In this document: positions 39,201 through 51,200 of the stretch, piece by piece
Layout of the letters: each line of letters begins with the position of its first letter
How positions within the stretch are numbered: position 1 is the first letter of the stretch
From: Mobula hypostoma
Lineage: Eukaryota
Assembly: GCF_963921235.1 (NCBI RefSeq)
Contig: NC_086097.1
Coordinates: forward strand, 126,358,001-126,422,000
Direction of reading: 5' to 3'
DNA: 64,000 nt
The notes under the pieces: generated by a model
Seen by the model: the letters and a program-made list of their open reading frames with translations, nothing else
Databases searched by the model: none
Told to the model about the DNA's origin: nothing
Program-made: the position numbers and the translations under genes

Positions 39201-42200
39201 GCCATTTAGCCCATGAGTCTGCTCCACCATTTCATCATGACTGATTCACTTTCTCTCTCAGCCCCAGTCTCCTGCCTTCTACCCTGTATCCCTTCATGCC
39301 CTGGTTAACCAGGAATTTATCAACCTCACCTTAAATATACCCAATGACTTGGCCTCCACAGCCGCCTTTGGCAACAAATTCCACGGATTCACCACTCTCT
39401 GGCTAAGGAAATTCCTCCTCATCGCCATTCTAAAAGGACGTCCTTCTTTTCTGAGGCTGCTTCTTAGACTCCCCCAGCATAGGAAACATCTCGTCCACAT
39501 CCACTTTATTAAAGCTCTTCAACATTTGATAGGTTTCAATGAAGACACCACTTGTTCTTCTGAACCCCATTGAGTAGAGGCCAATTTACATAGAAGAAAC
39601 TTGTTCTAATACATATTGGCCTAGGTCTTATGCACAATAGGATACTGCTGCGTGAAGACTTTGCACAAAACTGATTCTGGCTTCCTATGCCACCTTAATA
39701 TATGTTGCATAATGCTAGGTCTTCTGCCCTCACAGTGCATATGTACAAAGCTAAGCAGGGAGTTAAACACCTTCTCAAAGATCATCTGAGCCAGACACTT
39801 TCTTTCAGGGTTTTTATTAAGATTTTACTTGTGAAACTGAAGGAAGTTAAGTAAAATACCTATTAAATTTGGTCCCACAGTAGCATAGTGGTTAAGGCGA
39901 TGCATATAAAGCTCAGGGTATCAGAGTTCGGAATTCAATCCCAGTGTCCTCTGTGAGGAGTTTGTGCATGCTCCCTGTGGAAAGCATGGGTTCTTCCCAG
40001 GTGCTCCGGTTTACTTCATCACTCCAAAGTCATTCCGGGTAGGTTAATTGGCCATTGTAAATTGTCCCGTGCTTGGATTAGGGTTAAATCAGTGTTGTCA
40101 GGGGCTGCGGGGTGGCATTGCTCGAAGGGTCAGAAGGGCCTATTCTCCACTGTATCTCTAAATAAATAAATAAACAAACAGATATATAGATAGATAAATA
40201 ATCAAACAAATAAATAGAAAGTTTCAGCATTGAATCGTCACACACCTGAATATACAAATACTGTCAATTATTCTCGCAATTTGTGTTAACCAAGGTAATA
40301 TACACACGCAACACTCCATAACTATGTCGTGTAAACAAGAGTAAACTTGTGGCACAATGATATCCTAATAATGATAAGAGATAAACATAATACTTTCCTC
40401 AAAATGCTTATTGATATTAACAAAACTTAAGACTCACAGATACTGATGTTCATACAAAATTAACTGCTTACAAAATGAACTGTGCCTCTAGATGCCAGAA
40501 CACTAGGTGCTGTATCATTTCAAACCTTCTTTTTATTTTCTTTCCTTGGTATCTCTCTACAGCTCAATTCTGCAAATCTTCCACAGCTGCCACTCTTGTA
40601 ATCCCATAATAAAACAACAACTCCAGTGTTTATTTCTGTCTGTAATTTCGATATTTCATTAAATGTGTTTAATTGGCTATTTTTGGATCTAATTACTCTT
40701 GTTTCCAAGAATCCTAATTTTATTCCTTTTTTTAACTTTTTTTGTAGGATCTAAAGAGCTACCAGAATTCAGTAACTTGTCAAGCTGTCTATTCACGATG
40801 TTTCGTATTAGTGTTGTTGATAATTACAATTATCAAGCAATGTATGAACGAGATACACTTATGACATACATACTTGTGGGAATGTTTATTGGATTAGAAG
40901 CAATTCTAGCTGTAAATCTCCTTATAGCAATGCTAAATCATGCATTAAACACGTAAGTTACATCAGCTTTTTTAACTTGTTTCAGTAGCAAGAATAATGG
41001 AATGTATAGTAACTATTACTCTATTAATGAAAATAAGAAATATAAGCTAACTTAACTAAATGATCCCTCAAATGCTAGAAAAAAGGCTCTAGGAATGTCG
41101 TGAAACATTGTGCCCCAGATGTTACCATTTTGGAGTACCTGGCAGCTTGCCAAAGTAAAAGATTGGAACATTAGAGCAGGGCACCTGTTTTTGTCAATCG
41201 TTTTGATGGATGACTGAAGAGGAGGAGGGGGTGTCTACTCATGAGGGAACCAGACAAGTGTAAATAGGCAACATCAGGAGGCAGATAAATGAGATGAATG
41301 GCAGGTGTCAATGACCAAATACATTGAGTCACTACAAAAGGTTTAGTGACTCCTGATACATGGTTATGGTTAGTGAATTTATCTGTCAATCCCATCTCCT
41401 ACTGGCTGCATCATTGTCTTTACTCATTGCTAGATGTACTACATTTTCATCATTTAAATACCATAAATTTGCTCATTTAAGGCTTGAACATGCTCAAAAG
41501 CCTCACTAAAGCCCCACAAAAGCTTGTTCAGCCTTCCCTCATGACATGTTTCTTTGTAATGCCATTTATGTGTTGCTCCCAGGACAGATCCTCTGAAATA
41601 ATAATATCAAGGAATTTAAAATTACTGACCCTCTCCACCTCCTGATGAGGACTGGCTCATAAACTTCTGGTTTCTTCCTCTTGTAGTCAATAATCAGCTC
41701 TTCGGTTTTGTTGATGTTGAAAGGGAGGTTGTTGTTGTGGTACCATTCAACCAGATTTTCAATCTCCCTTCTGTATGCTGCTTTATCACCATCTTTAATA
41801 GTGGCCAATAACAGCGTTGTTGTCAACAAACTTAAATATAGCATTGGAGCTGTACTTCGCCTCACAGCCATAAGCATAAAGTAAGTAGAGCAGGGGGCTA
41901 AGTACACACCTATGCTGATGGTGATTGTGGAGGAGCTGTAATTGCCAATCTGAACTGACTGGGGTTTGCAAGTGAGGAAATCAAGGATCCAGGAAATCAA
42001 AGAGTTATCGACGTCTAGGTGAGCAGGTACCAGTGTTCTAACTGTACTGGAACAATTAGCTACTTTTTCCTGAGACCATAAGGAAGGAATTTCCATTCAT
42101 GTTGTGCAAAAAATCTCCCCAAGTAGGCCATTTCAGATGTAACATGAGAAACAGCATCTCAATTGTGTGGTATCTGGCCATGGTAGAATCTCTTAAGGTG

Positions 42201-45200
42201 GCATTTCACATTAGGAATCATGCTACACATGATGGTGCTGAATCATTTGGGAGTAACAGAGGAGGAGTCGAGGGGAAGACGATGGGAGCAGCCTGATGGT
42301 GAAGGACCTTAGATAAAGAGCATGAAAACAGAATTTACAAATGAAATATGGAGATATCAAACAAGAAGTAACAAAAGATAAGGAAGATTGGTTCTTAAAA
42401 TGGTAGGCCATGAAAATAGAAAGGTATAGGTGTGTGAAATGAAGAATACAAAGAAGGAGCTGAATAATTGGAATGCACAGGATTCAAGTCTCCAATGTAA
42501 GAGATGTGATGGATAAAAAGTGATGTTGGTGTATTGTAGGTGGTGATAAGACTTCTGGATAGTCTGTTCTCTCTTGTGGCTCTTGTGTTGTTATTCATCC
42601 TTATTCTTATCCAATAGTGTCGGCTCTGTCTGTTAGACAATTGAATATTGAGGTGCAGGGTAAAAGTTGAAATGTTCACATCCTTCCGAAAGAGAGAAAA
42701 GGTGGCTTGGTAAATGTTCTTCCTTAGTGTTCAAACCAGTTTTCATTTTCCTGGCTGAGGTTTATGCTGTTTCTTTTGTGCCTGTGTCTGCTAAAGTTAT
42801 ACAGTATCAATATCAAACCTGCATTGACATTCTGGTTGACAGTGTCATGGAGTCATACTACAGGGAAACAGACTCTTCAGTCTAGTTAGCCTATGCCATC
42901 CAAGGTTCCCTTCTAAACTAATCCCAATTTCATGTGTGGCTCATATCTCTCTAAACCAGTGGTTCCCAACCTTTTTTTATGCCATTGACCCATACCATTA
43001 ACTGATGGGTCCATGGACCCCAGCATGTGAAACCATGCTCTAAGCCTTTCCTATCCACAGACCTATCCAAGTACTTTTTAAATGTTGTTAATGTACTGTC
43101 TCAACCAGTTCCTCAGACATCTTATTCCATATTCTGACCACCCTCTGGGTGAAAATGTTGCCTCTTAGATTCCTACTAAATTTCTCTTCTCTTATGTTAA
43201 ACCGTTGGCTGGTGGCGTAGTGGCATCAGCGCCGGACTTTGGACTGAAGGTTCCTGAGTTCGAATCCAGCCGGCTCCCTTGCATGCTTTCAACCGTGCTG
43301 GGTTGAGCATCGAGCTAGCAACTCCGCCTCGAATAAGAAAGCCTGCTAAAAAAAATGCGGTCATGACGGCGTCCTGATGACTCCACTTGGAGTTAAGGGC
43401 TTCCTTCTTCTTTTCTTATGTTAAACCTATGCCCTTTAATACTTGATTCCCCAACCCCAAGAAAATGTCTCTCATGATATGATGCGTGCATACCTCTGAA
43501 ACAGGAAAGTTGTATGCATGAATGCAAGAGATTATGTTTCACCTGCTGTATTATAAGCTTATAATAGGTATATTTAATGTCAGAGAAATGTATACGATAT
43601 GTATCCTGAAATTCTTTTTTTTGCAAACATCCACAAAAACAGGGGAGTGTCCCAAAGAATGAATGACCATTTAAATGCTAGAACCTCAAATCCATCCCAC
43701 CCCACAACTTCCCCCTCCCACGAATAAGCAGCAGCAAAGGGACAGGAGTAGAATTAGGCCATTTGACCCATCAAGTCTGCTCTGCCACTCAAAAGTATTA
43801 ATCATCCTTCATGATAATTTTTCAGTACAAAAGAATTTTTAGGCTCATTTTTCACTGATTTAATTTTTACTAGGTACCCTGCTGTTAAGACTGATAAGAT
43901 CCTTGTCAACATTTTCTTCAATCTCTTCAGAATATCTGTTTCTTCCGTCAGCCCATGCACTATTTCAGATCATACAGTCAATCCATAGCCTCTTCTACAG
44001 CCACAATGAGGCCACACTCAGGCTGGAGGAGCAACACCTCATATTCCATCTGGGTAGTCCCTAACCTTATGGCTTGAATATTGATTTCTCTAAAATCCAG
44101 TGATCACTACCCCCACCCCTCTCTCTTTTTCCATTTCCCTATTCTGGTTCCCCTCTTACTGCTTCTCTTCTCACTTTTTTCAAGTTCCACCATGCTTTCC
44201 TATCAGATTCCTTCTTCTTCAGCCTTTTACCTCTTACACCTATCACCTCCTAGCTTCTTACTTCGTCATCCATACCCACCCATCTTCCAACCTCACATGA
44301 TTCACCTATCACTTGCCAGCTTGTGCTCCTTCCCCTACCACCAGCTTCTTATTCAGGTGTCTGCCCTTCCTGTTCCAGTCCTGATGCCCAAAATGTTAAC
44401 TGTGTATTCCCCTCCATAGGTGTAAATAGGTTTGTACATTGTAAATAAATAACTAAAATTGTAGCGTGAATCATTCCAGGTGTCATTCTGGTATACTTTG
44501 GTTCTTCTTGTTGTTACCTTGGAACTCCTTGTTTGAGTTCCTGCAGTTCTACATCTGCTAAATTAGCATGAAAGACCTCCCACCCAAACCAAGATTATTT
44601 AAAACAATCATTAACTGGCAATTAATGGTCATTGTTATAATTTTACTTGTCTCAGAAATGTCCCAGGGAGGCTTTTGCAGATACAGAAGTAATTTTTTAC
44701 TCACATGAGTGTTTACAGCAATAAATCTTCTTGGAATCAAGACGCCTTGGATTAGGTGTACAACAGGTCAAACTGCTACATGAGAGAAAGAGGTGTTTCA
44801 TCAGGGATATGATGACTGAAGTTTCTGAACTGCTGTAGCCACAGCACAACCATGTTTAGAGAAGATAGACATTGGAGGGTACCGATTATGTATTAAATAT
44901 GTGCACCATTTGTTGGTTTTTATCCCTTGATCTGCATCTTAAATGGATAATGTGTATATTTTAAATATAAACTTCTTTATTGATTCTATTTCCCTTTATA
45001 ATATTTTATCCATGGAATATAAAAAGCAATTCATGAAAGTGATGTCATCATAGGTGAAGAAATGGAAACAAGTTAGGTACTTATTTCTACAATGCATTGT
45101 CGATACAGGATAACTTACTTTGTATGCTGTAATTAGTGGAATGCATTTCAGTAAACTTTTTTCATCATTACCAAGGTTAGAAAACAGAATGGATTCACCT

Positions 45201-48200
45201 TCATGTTTTATATTAATTTCTCAATTTTCATTCCTTTGAAAATACATAGATTTGATGAAAATGTAACACAGAAATCAAATAATGTGGATGATTGGAATCT
45301 GATATAAAAGCACAAGATTCTGAATTATACTCAGCAAGTTAGGCAGTGTCTGTTGGAGCTGAATTAGTTTTAATATTTCAGGTTTACTGGCTTTTCATCA
45401 GAAGATTAAGAAGTTTGAGAAAATCAATCTGTAAGGTGCATAGAAGTGGAACGGGGTGGGGACTAAGTAAAAAGGGAGATTGATGCCAATGAAAAGCCAG
45501 CAGCTTTGGGATATAAATAAAAGAAGATGCAAATTGGAATGCAGAATCATTGGAGATTCTTGAATTCTTTTGAAATTAGAAAAGTTCTCAAACTTTTGAT
45601 CAATATTTCAGACAAACTGGTCACAATTTTGCTTTCTGTTCTCCTTGATCTGCATCTTGCACAATCATCCACTTTGTCATTTAACGTCCTTAACATCCCA
45701 CTGTATAATCAAGCTTGTTTTTCTTTAATCTTTCTTTTCTGGTTCTGGCAAAAAATCATAAGCTTGAAATGGTAAAAAGTTTTCTTTCAATAAGAATGCT
45801 GCCTGACATACTTGTTTAATGGATCTCTTGATAGATTTCCTTAATGTGAATGAAAATAGCTTGAAAACTATTTTATAGAAATGACTTGTGCCAAGTTCAA
45901 TGTGTCCAGAAAGAAATTAGAAATATCAGCAACGAAACTTCACTTGAAGTAATGTACCACAAAAAATGCTTGTCTGAGAATTGTCCAATGTGGAAGCTGC
46001 TATTGAATGGTAAATATGTATCTTTCTTTAATAATTCGATGCATTGCACCCTTGACAGAAATTTGTTTCTTTTCTCTATCCAGTGATACATATAATTTGC
46101 CAGAGAATATATATATGCAAAGAGCAAGCATCCTGCAGTACCTAGAGAATCTGCCATATTTTTCAACACAGGCTGATGAATTCCACAATTATATCCATGT
46201 TATAGCTGGTCCAGTTGTAGAACCATTTTACACCAAGGAAAACATAGTTCAAGAAGAGCATTACCTAAAGCTTGCTGTATTTGAAATAAGAGTAAGTAGT
46301 ACAATTAATGTATGTCATGGCATGGTACAATTTTAGTCTTATTCTTCCTGTATTCAATGTATCATTACAGCTAAGCTGAAAAATATATTCCCTTACAGGA
46401 TGTACTAAACAAAAATAAGTCATTCTGCTCAACTAATCCATGCCACAGTTTTTTCTTCTTTCCTTCGGATCACATCAACATAAAATTCTGTTCTTTTCTC
46501 TCACAGTGTTCATCTAGCTTTTCCTAAGATTAATTATATTTTACCAAAAGATCAGTGGCTCCCAAACTTTTTTATACCATATTCTATGTGTAAACATCAA
46601 AGGCTGGTAAATGGGTTAATTAAGAAGCCCACAGATAATTTAGTCTCACAGTATTTATTCCAAAAATTAAACCATTCAACAGATCTAATATTAAAAACAG
46701 AACTCAACTTTTGTAGGAAAACAGTAATAGCAGTATCAATATGTTGCTTCCATTATTCCTAGTGACATTCGTTGTGTTATTTGTAAATTCCTGAAATTAG
46801 CCATCACATACTAAATTAAAATGGGTTGGTGCAAGGTAAATACTAGGGTCAGTTTAATGGAAACCTAGTTTTTTTTGCTGACTAGTTTATTGGTTTGATG
46901 AAACAACATATATGATCAACGTTTTGGGCTGAGACCCTTCTTCAGGAAGAAAGGTCTCAGCCTGAAACATTGACTGTTTACTTTTTTCCATAGATGCTGC
47001 CTGACTCACTGGGTTCCTCCAGAATTTTGTGTGTGTTGCTTTGTATTTCCATCATCTTCAGGTTTTCTCATATTGGTTTGATTAAATTGTTAGCAGCACA
47101 GTCTGAAAATTGTATTGAATATTCAGACTGTTCCTGCTTTTGTTTTATACTTGGTTCATGCAAAGAATACAGTTTTGCACAACTGACTTAGCATGGATGT
47201 TCTTCAGTGGTGGTACATTTACTTCAATATTTTTTACCTGTAAAGCAGCACCAGAAGATAAATTCTAAGTGAATGAAACAATGTTGAAAACAATATTGTG
47301 CCTATGAAAGCTTCTTTTCTCAAGTTCTCACTTGTGATTAGAACAGGACAATTTAAGGTTTTGTATATCTCTTTGAATAAAATCAAGATTCACTTGTGAT
47401 TAATAGGGACACTTTCCCAGAATTTCAACACAGCATTCTTTTCCAATTATTCTCATGAATTTCCACAATGTTGCTGCTGTAAATAGCTAAAATTTAGATC
47501 ATGCACTTGCAAATAAATTTAATAGCTTACACAGCTGTCCACTTAAAATATGCAGAATTGGACTTTAAATAGTTTTACTTCCTTAGAATTGTGATGTGCA
47601 GTTTATTAGCTTGTTTTTATCCAGAGATTATTTTCCAGGGTTTTTTTTTGCAGCTGTCCTTAACATAGAGTAGTTGACCATTTCTACTCAATCTGGCCTG
47701 AGCCTTTTTGGGACACTGCTATTACATGACCTGATTGCCCACACAGACAATTAAAAAGAGTCTTCACTGCTAATTGAGTGTGAGCCAATTGTTTCAAAAA
47801 GCACCACCAATTATTTTTTAAATATTTTGATTTTGATACAATTATTTATGATTGAAGCCCTGTTATGGGTGTTAATCCATTTAGAAATAGATTTTGGTCT
47901 ATGGTAGAGATATTGCAGATTGTTTTGAGATTCTAATTTGGAGAAAGGCCAATGTTGATGGTATCAGAAATTATCTGGCAAGTTATTGGGACAGACTATT
48001 TACTGGCAAAAGTGCACTTGGTAAGTGAGAGGCCTTCACAAGTGAAATTTTGAGAGTACAAAGCTTGTATGTATCTGTCAGAATAAAAGGCAACCTTGGT
48101 TTTTAAGAGATATTGAGGCCCTGGTTAAGAGAAAAATGGAAGTGCCTAAGTGGATATAGGCAGATAGGAACAAATGAGGTGCCAGAGAACACTTTGAAAG

Positions 48201-51200
48201 AAATCAGGAGGGCTGAAAGAATGCATGAAGTTGCCTTAACAGATAAGGTGAAGGAGGGTCCTATGGGATTTAACAGAAATATTAAGAACAAAAAGGATTG
48301 CAAGGGACAAAACTGGTCCTTTGGAAGATCAGAATGGAAATCTAAATGTGGAACCAAAACAGTTGAGGGAGATCTTAAGTAAATTTTTTGCATCTGTATT
48401 TACTCAGGAGATAACACAGAGTCTATAGAAGGGAGGCAAAGCAGCACCAACTTCATGGACCCTATACAGATTAAAGAGGAGGAGGTGTTTGCTGTCCTGA
48501 GGCAAATCAGGGTGGATAAATCCTCGGGGACTGACAAGGTGCTCTTTCAGAACCTGTGGGAGGCAAGTACAGAAATTGCGGGGCCCTAGCTGAGATATTT
48601 AAATCATCTTTAGCAACAGGAGAGGTACCAGAGGATTGGAGGATAGCCAATATTGTTCCACTGTTTAAGAAAGGCTCTAAACATAAACTGGGAAATTATA
48701 GGCCGGTGAGTCTGACATCAGTTATGGGAAAGTTATTAGAAGGTATTCTAAGGGACCGAATATAAGTATTTGGATAGATATGGACCAATTAAGGGTGGTC
48801 AGGATGGCTTCATGCATGATAGGTCATGTCTAACCGACCTTACATAGTTTTTCGATGAAGTTACCTGGAAAGCGGATGAAGGCAAGGTGGTGGATAATGT
48901 CTACGTGAACCTTAGCAAGGCATTTGAAAAGGTCCCTCATGGGAGGTTGGTCAAGAAGGTTCAGACACTCGACAATCAAGAGGGGATAGCAAATTGAATT
49001 AGATATTGGCTTTATGGAAGAAGTTAGAGTTGTAGTAGATGGTTGCCTCTCTGACTAGAGGCCTGTGATTAGTGGTGTGCCACAGGGATCGGTGCTGGGT
49101 CCATTGTTGTTTGTCATCTATAGCAACAATCTGGATGATAATGTGGTTAACTAGATCAGTAAATTTGCGGATGACACAAAAATTGGAGGTGTAGTGGACA
49201 GTGTGGAAAGATATCATGACTTGGAGAGGGATCTGGAATAGCCGGAAAAATGGGTTGAAGAGTGGCAGGTGGAATTTAATGCAGATGTCCGAGGTATTGC
49301 ACTTCGGTAGGACCAACCAGGGTAGGTCATACACAGTGAACAGTAGGGCACTGAGGAGTGTGGTAGAACAAAGGGATCTGGAAATACAGGAAAATAATTT
49401 GTTGAATCTGGCATCACAGATAGATGGGGTTATAAAGAAAGCTTTTGGCACATTGACCTTCATAAATCAAAGTGCTGAATACAGGAGATGGGATGTTATA
49501 TTGAAGTTGGTGAGTCTTTATTTGGAACACTGTGCGCAGTTTTGGTCACCTACCTACAGGAAAGATGTAAGTAAGGTTGAAAGTCTACAGAGAAAATCTA
49601 CAAGGATGTTGCTGGGTCTGGATGACCTGAGTTATAAGGAAAGTTCCAGTAGATTCAGACTTTTTTCCTTAGAATGTAGAAGATTGAGCGAAATTTGATA
49701 GATGTATACAAAGTTATGAGGGGTATAGATAGGATAAATGCAAGTAGGCTTTTTCCACTGAAGTTAGGTGGGACTACCACCAGAAGTCATGGTTAAGGGT
49801 GAAAGGTGAAAAGTTTAAGGGGAGCATGAGGGAAAACTTCCTTCACTCAGAGGGTTGTGAGAATGTGGAATGAGCTGCCAGCACAAGTGGTGCATGCAGG
49901 GTTGATTTCAATGTTTAGACTAAGTTTGGACAGGTCTATGGATAATAGGGGTATGGAGGGCTATGATCTCAGTCAGATCAATGCTAGTAGGTGGTTTAAA
50001 TGGTTTCAGCATGGACTAGATGGGCTAAAGGGCTGTATTTTTTCTATGCCTCTATGATTCTATGATATAGATTTCATGTCTATATAAGAATCAATGTTCA
50101 TGTACAGGAAATAAATACACAAGTTTTTAGAATTGTAGGTATTTGCAGTGTTTAATCAGTAGGTTTTGTTTCCATCCTGTTGCTTGAAATTGTTGCGAAT
50201 AGATATAATTCACTGTTAATGCACATAAAATTCAGTACATTAAGTATGTTTCAACCTACTCTGTGTGGGTTGTCAATTGAACCAGATACTTACACATGTT
50301 TTTTGGAGTATTTAAAAAATAATATGGGAAGCCAATTCAAAGTGAGCAAAGTCACTTTTCAGTTTATCCACCGTCATATAATAGATCATTAGCAATGCTT
50401 GTTACTTTTTTTAGGTTTACTTCCCCTGTTGGTGCCTCAAGTTTATAGGCCTGATTAAATTTTAGATTGTGAATTAATAAGTTCTAAAAAAATGAACATG
50501 CTCATTTAAGCTTTATGTTTTGTTTTGAGTTATATGAAAAGTCATTCTGTCATTACCCGTCAGACCCGCTACTTGACTGAAATTTACAATGTATAACTTC
50601 AAGGCATGTGACAAATCATCTGTTCAAAAGAGAGAAAGAAGTCACAAAATTCAGATATGCTGAATCAATTTGATATGCCTAAAGCATCTTCTCTCCCTGC
50701 TGTGGTTCTCAAAAAAAGATACTGTATTTGCTAAAAAAAAAGTAGGGAAATATTGAAATAATTCCATTGATTCCCATTCTTTGAAAATTCTTTTTCCAAA
50801 GCCTTCCCTCAATAAACAAAAGCAGTTAATTTGCACATTAATGAAAAAGAGGATTACTGATCTGTTGCAAGGTATCTACTTAGCCATTGGCATAATCTTT
50901 ACCTTTAGAATAATAGGTGAAGCTAGAATGATATCCAAGAAACTTGTTAGCAAAGAAATATCTCTCTAAGAGTCCACGAGCTCATTGTTGACTCCATAAG
51001 TATAAATAGTTTATTGTACAATTACATAATCTTCAGCATTGCAGCCTAATTAGTATTACAATTTAACAACATTTCATTCACAGCAATCTTTCATTTAAAC
51101 AGTCAGTTTAAAACTGTAACACATGTGCAAGGCTTCTAACAAAGACATAATTCAAACTCTTCCCATTTGGATTGCCTATCATTTTGTAAATAAAAAGCAA

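Larger units (their letters stand above)
42845..43480 (-). mobile_element. CR1 3' fragment hosting two younger insertions
   Basis: CR1 tail at about 42850; KGHRF continues after the SINE. Confidence 0.75.

Noticed and set aside
43204..43278. tRNA gene
   Set aside because: It has A/B boxes and a partial acceptor stem, but the anticodon stem does not pair. It is followed by a SINE body, a (CTT)n tail and a flanking TSD, so it is a SINE head.
43372..43400. CTGATGA as another hammerhead core
   Set aside because: No downstream GAAA or closing stems in the correct arrangement.
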